From Candidatus Cloacimonadales bacterium (GTDB lineage: Bacteria > Cloacimonadota > Cloacimonadia > Cloacimonadales > JAIOQZ01), in NCBI GenBank assembly GCA_963665015.2, contig CAXXSY010000005.1:4301-68300 (forward strand): a stretch of 64,000 bases of DNA, written 5' to 3'. The position numbers and the translations under genes are program-made. Below, one piece after another: positions 27,531 to 36,115 of this stretch (its first letter is position 1; every line of letters starts with the position of its first letter). The notes beneath the pieces are model-generated. The model saw only the letters and a program-made list of their open reading frames with translations, had not been told where the DNA came from and did not search any database.

Positions 27531-29189
27531 CGCAAATACCGAGTCGGATATTATAACCTCATCAATAGTGAGGTTTTATGCGATATATACCAAAGGACGA
27601 CCGGTATCAGATTTCGGCGGAATTTTGCTGTCTCGATGACATGATTGAGTCGGACAACATGGTCCGAATCATCGATTATTTCGTAGATGAGCTTGACCTT
27701 GAGGAGCATGGATTCACGAACACGAGGCCAAAAGATAAGGGACGTAAGCCCTATAATCCAGGTGACTTACTGAAGCTTTACATTTATGGATATTTGAATC
27801 GGATCAATACGAGCAGAAAGCTCGAACGCGAATGCAAGCGCAACATCGAAGTACGGTGGTTGATGGGAAATTTATGCCCCGATTTCAAGACCATTGCGGA
27901 CTTCAGGAAAGATAATCGCAGCATTCTCAAGAAGGTATTCCGGGAGTTCACGTATATATGTCGCGGGGCTGATCTGATCGATTTCAAACTTACAGCCATA
28001 GACGGGAGCTTTTTCTCTGCCGTTAACCACAACGGTAAAAACTACAGTTGTAATAAGTTACGCAAGCTACTGGAGAAGCTTGACCGAAAGATCGATGCGT
28101 ATCTGGACGAGATATCGAGATTGGACAAGCAGGAGTTTTCGAAGATATCGGATTTGCAGCAGGCGATCGCGGATATTCAAAGTAAACAGAAGGAATATCG
28201 AGAAATACAGGATGTCCTCGATGCAACGGGCGAGACGCAGGTATCCCTCACGGACCCCGATAGCAAGATGATGACCAAGCCCAAAGCCAAAACCGATATG
28301 AGTTACAACGTCCAACTCGCTGTAGATTCGAAAAATAGCTTGATCTCCGAATGTGATGTAACGAACGACGGAAACGACAGTAAGCAATTGTCGAAAATGG
28401 TTGAGAAAGTGCTCGATACTCACGCTCCCTCTGAATTATCGGTTGTTGCGGACGCGGGATACGCATCCGGCGAAGAGATCGATAAGTGCCTTAAAATGAA
28501 TGTAGATACATACGTTCCGATACCGAAGAAGAAGCAATCGCAAGACGACGATCCATACTCTCCCGCGAATTTCAAATATATTCCAGAAGAAGACTGCTAC
28601 CGTTGTCCGGCAGGCAACAAGTTACCGAAATCGTCATTCAAGAAAGATCGAAATCAGATAACCTACGGCAGACGAAAGACTTGCAAAGGCTGTCCGCATT
28701 TCTCTCAATGTGTTCCTTCCGGATCGAAGTATAAGATCATTCATCGAAGCGCCTTTGAAACGGCAATCCAGCGTCAATGCACAGTCAATCAGATGAACCA
28801 GGAAAAGCTGAAACAGCGCCAAATGATTGTCGAGCATCCATTTGGCACAATCAAACATGCGATGCGGCTGGGTGATTTTGTTACCCGAGGGCTTCCGTCG
28901 GTCAATGGAGAGTTTGCATTGATTGCACTCGCCTACAACATGAAGAGAGCCTACAACATCCTCGGATTCGACAGGCTCAAAGCGGCTATTCAAGTCCATT
29001 TTGAGCACTTAAGAACAATATGTGCCTTTATATGCTCATTTCTGATCAATTTCTGCTGTCCGAGAGCCATGTATGCCAAATCAGAGGCATTTTCGCGGTA
29101 AAAAAATTGTGGTTCTCGACAGAAAATTCCCTGAAATACTCAATCTCCTTTATTGCCAAAAACCGGAAATCGAATTATCACACAGCCTG
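27497..29189 (+). mobile_element. IS1182-family insertion sequence (copy 1)
   Basis: Imperfect terminal inverted repeats CAGGCTTTGTGAAAATAATCGA (27497-27518) and TCGAATTATCACACAGCCTG (29170-29189) flank the transposase. The flanks are the two halves of a GGCAGGCAC / CCTGCCC hairpin. Confidence 0.55.
27578..29101 (+). CDS. IS1182-family (IS5-like) DDE transposase
   Basis: N-terminal InsH-type region (..NMVRIIDYFVDELDL..GRKPYNPGDLLKLYIYGYLNRINTSRKLERECKRNIEVRWLMG..PDFKTIADFRKDN) and a C-terminal DDE region (..IVEHPFGTIKH..). Confidence 0.85.
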   Translation: MRYIPKDDRYQISAEFCCLDDMIESDNMVRIIDYFVDELDLEEHGFTNTRPKDKGRKPYNPGDLLKLYIYGYLNRINTSRKLERECKRNIEVRWLMGNLCPDFKTIADFRKDNRSILKKVFREFTYICRGADLIDFKLTAIDGSFFSAVNHNGKNYSCNKLRKLLEKLDRKIDAYLDEISRLDKQEFSKISDLQQAIADIQSKQKEYREIQDVLDATGETQVSLTDPDSKMMTKPKAKTDMSYNVQLAVDSKNSLISECDVTNDGNDSKQLSKMVEKVLDTHAPSELSVVADAGYASGEEIDKCLKMNVDTYVPIPKKKQSQDDDPYSPANFKYIPEEDCYRCPAGNKLPKSSFKKDRNQITYGRRKTCKGCPHFSQCVPSGSKYKIIHRSAFETAIQRQCTVNQMNQEKLKQRQMIVEHPFGTIKHAMRLGDFVTRGLPSVNGEFALIALAYNMKRAYNILGFDRLKAAIQVHFEHLRTICAFICSFLINFCCPRAMYAKSEAFSR

Positions 29190-29501
29190 GGGGACCTGCC
29201 CTTTCTTTCCTCTCCGCAATCGCATGAACACCAACGCGCGGTGAGAGATTGGAAAAGACTGACGCGGACATAGTGTGTGAAAAATAAAAAAACTGACTGG
29301 TTATCTTATTCACGGTTTCCAAGAGAAATACTCAGCATCTAACAACCACAAGACAATACCAACAAAATGAATACCGGGCATATTTTTATCTGAAAACGGT
29401 ATAAAACATGCAATGATAGCGGCAACGAACCATTGCTCTCGAAGTGACACGAGAAGGGGGATTTGATCTTTGACTTTCACAGTAATGACAGGAGGTACGT
29501 A

Positions 29502-32306
29502 ATGCGCCTGAAATCGCGTATTGGTATCCTGATTGTTCCGGTGCTTCTCCTGGGATTGATCCCGGCGCTATGCAACGCCGAGAATATCCTGATCTGGGAT
29601 AACGATGACGACAACATCATCCCGGTCCCGGGGGAATACTATCAATTGGGCTACGAAGAAGGATTTGAGAAAGCGCTGACGGAACTTGGATTTGAATTTG
29701 AAACGGTCAGCGTATTACCTACCGATTTGTCTGATTACGATGTGATGTTCATCACATTAGGAGTATGGTGTACAGGATGCGGAAGCACACCACCCAGTGC
29801 GGTCGGCACTGCAGATCAGGCCAGATTGGTCGAATTTTTGGATGATGGCAAGGCCATCTACATCGAAGGAGTCGATGTTGGCTCCGATCATGTCGGAACG
29901 GAATTTTTCAATCGCTTTGGAACTGAATATGTCGCGGACTACGACGGTTTTATCGATGGCGTCGAAGGTGTCACACCGGGACTGATGAACAACCTCTCTT
30001 ACGGAGTCAATACCAACGACAGCGCTCACCAGTTCGTGGACGTGTTTGCCGCGGGCGACGGAATCGCCTATCAGTATATGTCGAACGAAGGCGTGAGTGG
30101 CGTCTATTACGATAGTCCCAGTGGCTACCGGACAATCTGCACTTCCGTGGTGTTCACCGCACTGCTTGAAGAAGGCGAGAACACATGGGAAGAGATGATG
30201 TCCCGCTACATGTCGTTCCTTGTGAATGGCGACGTGGCTCTTCTGGGTCTCGACCGGGAATCCTACGATTTCGAGTATGTGAGCATCGGATATCCCGAGA
30301 CGTTCACCGTCACCATGGTCAACAACGGAACCGCGATGCTCGAGATCAGCGAGGTCGAGACCTCGCAAGGCTACTTCTACGTCAACGAAGAAGGCCCCTT
30401 CATCCTGGACATGCACGAAACCATGTCGATCGAGGTCACCTGCATGCCCACCGAGCCGGGCGAATTCAACGAAACCGTCCGATTCGTCAGCAACGACCCG
30501 AACGGTGACACCATCCTGAATCTGCATGCCTTGTGCATCCAGCCGCCAACCCTGGAAATCACCCCCGCGCAGGTCAATTCCATCATCCGATCCTACGGTC
30601 AGACCGACACCGTGAACGTGGTATTCACCAACACCGGTAGCGGCGATCTGGATTACTCGGTCGAGGTGATCGATACCGATAACTTCGGCTGGAATCGCGA
30701 TCAGGGAGGCCCGGACGCGTTCGGATATCGCTGGTACGACAGCAACAGCCCGGACGGGCCGGAGTTTGTCTGGAACGATATCGCCAGTACCGGCACTCCC
30801 ATCCTGAACTGGAGTGCGATGGACCCGCATGTCGGAGAACGTGATTGCGGATACGCGATGCGCAGTGTGGGATTCGATTTCCCCTACTACGGGCAGACCT
30901 ACAACGAAATGTACCTGTCCCCGAATGGGTTTATCTGCTTTGATTTCAACCTGATCAATCAAGAAGCGGACGACAACTACTCTCTGCCCTGCATTATGTA
31001 TCCGCGGAACATGGTTGCTCCCTTCTGGGACGATCTGAACCTCTACCATGGCGATGTCTATATCCAGTATAATGACAACGAAACCATCATTCAATATGAG
31101 AACGCGAACATCAACGAGGGTGAATACTATGTCACCATGCAGATCGTGCTTCGGCGTGGCGGCGGAATCTCGTTCTACTACAACGAAATCGACGGCTCCT
31201 CCGACAGTGCGACCGTCGGTATCGACAATTCCACCGGCACGATAGGGCTGGAGGTCTCATACAATCAGGACTACATCCAGCCGGGTATGGCGATCGCCAT
31301 ATCGACTGGTCCGTGCTGGCTCGACTTCGATTTCGAGGGTGGAGCGCTCGAACCCGGTGAATCGGTTGATGTCGATGCGATCTTCAGTGGCTGCTACCTG
31401 CCGCAGGGCACATACCATGCCATCATAAGGGTACGAAGCAACGACCCTGTGAACCCTTTGATCGATGTCCCGGTCACCCTCATTGTCTGCAATAACGAGC
31501 AATACATGGTCAGCCTGGAGGTCTCGCTCAACAGCGAGGAATCGCCGACGGGAGCCGAAGCGTCGCTCAGCAACCAAAACGGCGATCCGGGATTTGTCTA
31601 TTCCGCGACAGTTCCCGAATCGGGCATTATCTACCTCGCAAACGTGGTGGAGGGAAGCTACGACCTGCATGTCGTCCTCGATGGATACGATGAATACGAG
31701 CAAACGGGGATTGCAGTAGATCAGGATACCGAGCTTGCGATCGAAATGATCGAGACCCTGAATCTGCCGGTCAATCTCGATATCGAAGAGACGGCCTCCG
31801 GGGTCGTGTTGACCTGGGACGCTCCCGGCAGCCGCAGTCTCCAGAGCTTCAACGTCTATCTGGACGGCGAGCTTCGGGGCAACACGACCGACGAGCAATT
31901 CCTGTGGATCGACGTACCAGTCGGCTTGCACACCCTCGGCGTGACTTGCGTCTATACGACCGGCGAGTCCGATCCGGCGGAGATCGACCACGAGTGGTTG
32001 TCCTTGTCCGGTGAGGATATGATTCCGGTGAGCGACACGTTCGCGGGTATCTATCCGAATCCGTTCAATCCTTCGACGACTTTCAAATATGGGCTGGCGC
32101 AGGAAGAACGGGTCGTGCTGGAGATTTACAATGTCCGCGGACAGCTCGTGCAGCGTCTGGATCAGGGTCGCGTGAAGGCCGGATGGCACGAGGCGACCTG
32201 GAGCGGCAACGACATGAACAATGGCTCGGTCGGTTCCGGAATCTTCCTGGTGAGGCTCAAGGCCGGAAGCTATTCTGAAGTGAGAAAGGCGATTATGCTG
32301 AAATAG
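29502..32306 (+). CDS. T9SS cargo protein with ASH/choice-of-anchor-D-like Ig domains
   Basis: The start is moved to the ATG at 29502 (GGAGG RBS; MRLKSRIGILIVPVLLLGLIPALCNA signal peptide). Internal DFEYVSIGYPETFTVTMVNNGTAMLEISEV-type domains. CTD YPNPFNPSTTFKY..YNVRGQLV..SGIFLVRL..KAIMLK. Confidence 0.85.
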   Translation: MRLKSRIGILIVPVLLLGLIPALCNAENILIWDNDDDNIIPVPGEYYQLGYEEGFEKALTELGFEFETVSVLPTDLSDYDVMFITLGVWCTGCGSTPPSAVGTADQARLVEFLDDGKAIYIEGVDVGSDHVGTEFFNRFGTEYVADYDGFIDGVEGVTPGLMNNLSYGVNTNDSAHQFVDVFAAGDGIAYQYMSNEGVSGVYYDSPSGYRTICTSVVFTALLEEGENTWEEMMSRYMSFLVNGDVALLGLDRESYDFEYVSIGYPETFTVTMVNNGTAMLEISEVETSQGYFYVNEEGPFILDMHETMSIEVTCMPTEPGEFNETVRFVSNDPNGDTILNLHALCIQPPTLEITPAQVNSIIRSYGQTDTVNVVFTNTGSGDLDYSVEVIDTDNFGWNRDQGGPDAFGYRWYDSNSPDGPEFVWNDIASTGTPILNWSAMDPHVGERDCGYAMRSVGFDFPYYGQTYNEMYLSPNGFICFDFNLINQEADDNYSLPCIMYPRNMVAPFWDDLNLYHGDVYIQYNDNETIIQYENANINEGEYYVTMQIVLRRGGGISFYYNEIDGSSDSATVGIDNSTGTIGLEVSYNQDYIQPGMAIAISTGPCWLDFDFEGGALEPGESVDVDAIFSGCYLPQGTYHAIIRVRSNDPVNPLIDVPVTLIVCNNEQYMVSLEVSLNSEESPTGAEASLSNQNGDPGFVYSATVPESGIIYLANVVEGSYDLHVVLDGYDEYEQTGIAVDQDTELAIEMIETLNLPVNLDIEETASGVVLTWDAPGSRSLQSFNVYLDGELRGNTTDEQFLWIDVPVGLHTLGVTCVYTTGESDPAEIDHEWLSLSGEDMIPVSDTFAGIYPNPFNPSTTFKYGLAQEERVVLEIYNVRGQLVQRLDQGRVKAGWHEATWSGNDMNNGSVGSGIFLVRLKAGSYSEVRKAIMLK

Positions 32307-32325
32307 CTTCGTTTCAAACAAAATG

Positions 32326-32447
32326 TAGGGGCAGGTCCCCGTGCCTGCCCTTCGATGCCTGGTAACCAACTGTTTATCAAGCGCTTGCAACGTCTATATC
32401 ATGTTGGCAAAGAATTGAGAGGGCAGGCACGGGGACCTGCCCCTACG
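32326..32447. repeat. Perfect 27-bp inverted repeat separated by 68 bp (GC-rich hairpin repeat family)
   Basis: GTAGGGGCAGGTCCCCGTGCCTGCCCT (32326-32352) is the exact reverse complement of 32421-32447. Each arm is itself a GGGCAGG..CCTGCCC hairpin. A diverged copy lies at 46219-46331. Confidence 0.8.
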
Positions 32448-32534
32448 ACAGATAAGAGAATCGGTCGCGCATTTTCACACAGCTTGAGAGGTCTGCCCTT
32501 CTATCTGTGGCTTTAATTTTCTCGAACTTTTCTT

Positions 32535-32563
32535 TTGACAAGTGTTTGGGTGAATCGCATAAT
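32535..32563 (+). promoter_or_regulatory. Sigma-70-like promoter
   Basis: TTGACA, 17 nt, CATAAT, located 30 nt upstream of the ATG at 32594. Confidence 0.45.
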
Positions 32564-32593
32564 CTTTCAAGGTTCCAGTACACGGAGGTTAAC

Positions 32594-35500
32594 ATGAAGA
32601 AGCTATTTTTTTTCGCAATCGCACTTCTTATGTTCGGAATGTTGTTTGCCGAATGGACAATCGTCGCTACCTATCCCATCCCGGAAAGCGCCTCAGGATT
32701 GGCATGGGATGGTGAATATCTCTACTGTGGAATATACGGCGCGAACGGAGACGAAGTCTATCGGTTCGATCCCTCCGACGGTACTGGCGAGCTTTTCTTC
32801 ACCGGAACGATGGACGATACCTTCGGCATGACCTGGGACGGCGATTATCTATGGATCACCGATCACCCGGGAGGCGCGTCCGATCCCGCCATCGCCTATC
32901 AACTCGATATGGACGGGAGCATCTTGCAGCAATTCAACCTGCCGGATCACTATATGTCGGGAATCGCGTACGACGACGACGACTTCTGGGTATCGACCTA
33001 CTACGACCCGGACGGATACATCTACAAGCTCGACAATCAGGGTAATATCCTCGATGAATTCGCCGCGCCCGACAACCAGCCCTGGGACCTCTGCATGGAG
33101 GGAGAATTCCTCTGGATGGCGGACTACTGGGGCGATGCGCTCTACAAGATCGATCCCAGCGACGGAAGCCTGATCGAGAGCCACGCCTCCGAAGACGTCG
33201 ATCCGGCCGGCATCGTTTTCGACGGCACCTACCTCTGGTACTGCGACAACGGGATGAACAACGGCGATTTCCTCTACAAGGTCGATCTCGGCGGTTCGGG
33301 TAACCCCGCCATCGAACTCGGCTGGGACGAATACAACTTCGGAAACGTCGTCATCGACGAGGCGGTGAATATCTCGCTGCCGATTACCAATAACGGAATC
33401 GCCGATCTGATCATCTCCGATTTCAACTCCGACCAGTCCTCGTTCGATCTGACGGAAACCCTGCCTGTTACCGTCGTCTCGGGCGAGACATACGACTTCG
33501 GGATCGTCTGCTATCCGCAGTCCTGGGGGCAAATCGACGGCACCGGCGAGATCGTCTCCAACGATCCGATCAATCCGTCCGTGACAATCTCGCTCAGCGT
33601 TTATGGCCTCTTCGCGGAGCAGGAAATCGAATGCGATCCGGCCACGCTCGACTTCGGCACCGTGCGATCGGGCGCCCTGACCGCGCGCTATATCGAGGTT
33701 TCCAATCAGGGAGCCGGAGACCTCTCCGTCACCGGTGTCTCGATCGACAACGACATGTTCCGGATAGACGAGCCCGACCTGCCCGTCTCCATCCCGACCC
33801 GCGACACCGTGGCAATCCGCGTCTGGCTCGATGCCTCGCAGGAAGGCGATTTCTCCGTCGATATCACCATCGAGAACAACGACAGCGACGAGGGGAGCCT
33901 GATCGTACCCGTCGCTGCCACGATTTCACCGGAATCGCAGGAGATCGGCGCCGAATACTGGCACTTCCAGACCAATCCGCAGGGCGAGAAGGTGAGCGCC
34001 ATGCGCAAGTTTACCGACATCAACGACGACGGAAACGCGGAGGTGATCGTCTGCGACAACCGCTACCACGTCTATTGCCTCAACGGGGACAGCAGCGGCG
34101 AAGCGGACGTTCTCTGGCGCTTCGATACGAATATCGACGAGATCGGATACGGCTCGATCTACGACGACCGCGGACTCGACATCACTGACGACCTCAACGA
34201 CGACGGTGTTCTCGACGTGGTGATCGGAACCGCGTGGGGGAGTCGTTGCGTCTTCGCGCTGGACGGCACCAGTGGCGAAGTCCTGTGGCTCTACGATACG
34301 CATCAGACCGGCGGCGGCGGATGGGTCTATCAGGTGGATGGAAGACGCGACTTTACCGGTGACGGCGTCAGCGACATCCTCGCGGCTGCCGGTGACGACG
34401 ACGCGGGAACCGGACCGCGCGCAATTTATCTCCTGAACGGAACCGACGGCAGCGTCGTATGGATGCATCAGTTCGACAGCGCTCGGGCTACGGTTAGCTC
34501 CATCAACGACCAGGACAACGACAATGTGCCGGACGTCATCTGCGGAGGTTCTTCGAGCGGTATCGACGCCGATTTCTCTCTACTCTCCGGCGCGAACGGC
34601 TCCGTTATTTTCTCGCACAACGCGGGCGGAACCGCATGCTGGGCTGTTCTGGATATCAACGACGTCTCGGGCGACGGCGTGCAAGACATGGTGTTCGGAA
34701 CCTTCGGCGGTCAGTTGATCTGCGTCGATCACGAAGACAATGTGCAGTGGACCCACAACGAAAGCGGTCTCATCACCAAGCTCGAACGTGCGTTCCACGG
34801 CAATAACGAGTACATCATCCCCACGATTATCGGTGATAACGTCTGCCTCGCAGTGAGCGCCGAAACCGGCTCCGCAGCGACATGGTATATAGATGACGGC
34901 AACTACCTCGACTGCTCTCCCATCGGCGATATCGACGGCGACATGTATTTCGATATCCTCGGCGGCAAGCTTACCAACGAGGCGATGGCGGTTTCCGGCG
35001 ATGGCTCGTCGGAGATATGGAACACCATCATGCCCCAGCCGGTGGATCGGGTCCGCGCGATCGCCGATCTGGACGCGAACGGCAGTCCGGAGATGCTGTT
35101 CGGTCTGCGCGACGGCTACGTCGTGTGCCTCTCGGGCGGAACCAACGCCGGAGAACCCTTCGCGAACGTCACCATCAACGTCTCGACCAATTCGGGCTTC
35201 GGTACCGGGCTGGCGGATTATGAATTCAGCGGACCGGAGACCTACGCCGGCGACGTTCCGCAAGATGGCGTCGTGGTGCTGGAAAACGTCCCCTTCGGAG
35301 TCTACGATCTGACGGTTACTCTGGTTGCGCATGACGACTGGATCGCGGAAAACTTCGATATCACTTCCGATCTGGAGATCGATGTCATCCTGCATGAAAC
35401 CCTGATTCCGGTCGAATATTTCAGGGCGGAGGTCGAGGGCAACACCGTGACCCTGGAATGGGGTCCCATCCACACGCGGAATCGAAAGGGCCGGAAAGAA

Positions 35501-35989
35501 CGGCAGGACAATCGGTTCCTGGAGAGCGTTCGCCTGTACTGGGAAGAGGATATGATCGCAGGCGTGGCTGATGAGAACTATTTCATTGTGGAAAACGTAC
35601 CAAGCGGTACGCACCACTTTTCGGCGGTCAACGTTTATACCTCGGGGGTGTCCGAGCCGGAGGAGATCGAAGTGGAAGTGTTGAGCACCGACGACCCCGG
35701 TATCGAGCCATACGAGACAGCGCTTCTCGGCAACACGCCCAACCCGTTCAATCCCTCCACCGCGATCCGCTTCTCCCTCAGGGAAGATATGCCGGTCACG
35801 CTGGCGATATACAATATCCGCGGTCAAAAGGTCAGGACGCTCATCGATAAGCGGATGGAAAGAGGCGAGCACACGGCGCAGTGGCTCGGCGACGACGACA
35901 GCGGCAAACCCTGCTCCAGCGGCGTCTATCTGTACCGTATGCAGACTTCCGGCAAGACGGAAACGAAGAAGATGATCATGATGAAATAG
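32594..35989 (+). CDS. T9SS cargo: beta-propeller + ASH/Ig + FG-GAP propeller + CTD (paralog 1)
   Basis: The start is moved to the ATG at 32594 (GGAGG RBS; MKKLFFFAIALLMFGMLFA). Propeller blades are marked by WDGEYLY/WDGDYLW/DDDDFWV/GEFLWMAD/DGTYLWY. ASH-type NFGNVVIDEAVNISLPITNNG. FG-GAP loops DINDDGNAEVIV and DLNDDGVLDVVIG, among others. Shared CTD. Confidence 0.85.
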   Translation: MKKLFFFAIALLMFGMLFAEWTIVATYPIPESASGLAWDGEYLYCGIYGANGDEVYRFDPSDGTGELFFTGTMDDTFGMTWDGDYLWITDHPGGASDPAIAYQLDMDGSILQQFNLPDHYMSGIAYDDDDFWVSTYYDPDGYIYKLDNQGNILDEFAAPDNQPWDLCMEGEFLWMADYWGDALYKIDPSDGSLIESHASEDVDPAGIVFDGTYLWYCDNGMNNGDFLYKVDLGGSGNPAIELGWDEYNFGNVVIDEAVNISLPITNNGIADLIISDFNSDQSSFDLTETLPVTVVSGETYDFGIVCYPQSWGQIDGTGEIVSNDPINPSVTISLSVYGLFAEQEIECDPATLDFGTVRSGALTARYIEVSNQGAGDLSVTGVSIDNDMFRIDEPDLPVSIPTRDTVAIRVWLDASQEGDFSVDITIENNDSDEGSLIVPVAATISPESQEIGAEYWHFQTNPQGEKVSAMRKFTDINDDGNAEVIVCDNRYHVYCLNGDSSGEADVLWRFDTNIDEIGYGSIYDDRGLDITDDLNDDGVLDVVIGTAWGSRCVFALDGTSGEVLWLYDTHQTGGGGWVYQVDGRRDFTGDGVSDILAAAGDDDAGTGPRAIYLLNGTDGSVVWMHQFDSARATVSSINDQDNDNVPDVICGGSSSGIDADFSLLSGANGSVIFSHNAGGTACWAVLDINDVSGDGVQDMVFGTFGGQLICVDHEDNVQWTHNESGLITKLERAFHGNNEYIIPTIIGDNVCLAVSAETGSAATWYIDDGNYLDCSPIGDIDGDMYFDILGGKLTNEAMAVSGDGSSEIWNTIMPQPVDRVRAIADLDANGSPEMLFGLRDGYVVCLSGGTNAGEPFANVTINVSTNSGFGTGLADYEFSGPETYAGDVPQDGVVVLENVPFGVYDLTVTLVAHDDWIAENFDITSDLEIDVILHETLIPVEYFRAEVEGNTVTLEWGPIHTRNRKGRKERQDNRFLESVRLYWEEDMIAGVADENYFIVENVPSGTHHFSAVNVYTSGVSEPEEIEVEVLSTDDPGIEPYETALLGNTPNPFNPSTAIRFSLREDMPVTLAIYNIRGQKVRTLIDKRMERGEHTAQWLGDDDSGKPCSSGVYLYRMQTSGKTETKKMIMMK
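35738..35989 (+). repeat. Shared CTD-coding cassette, copy 1
   Basis: The 252-bp 3' end is near-identical to 37994-38245 and 41585-41836. Homology with copy 3 extends back to 35690 / 41537. Confidence 0.85.
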
Positions 35990-36115
35990 GGACCGTCTGT
36001 CAGGGAGTGAATGGAAGAAAAATCTTGCCGGGAAGCGAACCGGGCATGAGTATTGGCTTGATTTTAGTATGAATCAATCTGTTTCTGTTGAACCGCAGTT
36101 GAATAGGAGAAGCTC

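Noticed and set aside
29757-31094. Long antisense or out-of-frame ORFs in GC-rich regions: 6260-7093(+), 6690-7370(-), 10447-11502(+), 25755-26153(-), 29757-31094(-), 31257-32390(-), 32849-33532(-), 34580-35872(-), 42357-43382(-), 49434-50789(+), 52232-52876(-), 55353-56006(-), 60199-60939(-), 60742-61632(+) and 63324-63947(+).
   Set aside because: Each overlaps a gene on the other strand or frame that has clear domain motifs. Their translations are Arg/Gly/Pro/Val-rich low-complexity sequence typical of shadow ORFs in GC-rich DNA.
32507-32593. ORF-track N-terminal extensions: 32507, 29463, 41964, 49062, 56764, 62444, 10413 and 12734.
   Set aside because: In each case an internal ATG with a good Shine-Dalgarno sequence begins a canonical signal peptide or the conserved N-terminus. 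The upstream part starts at a non-ATG codon, lacks a RBS, or (49062, 32507) lies upstream of or over the predicted promoter.
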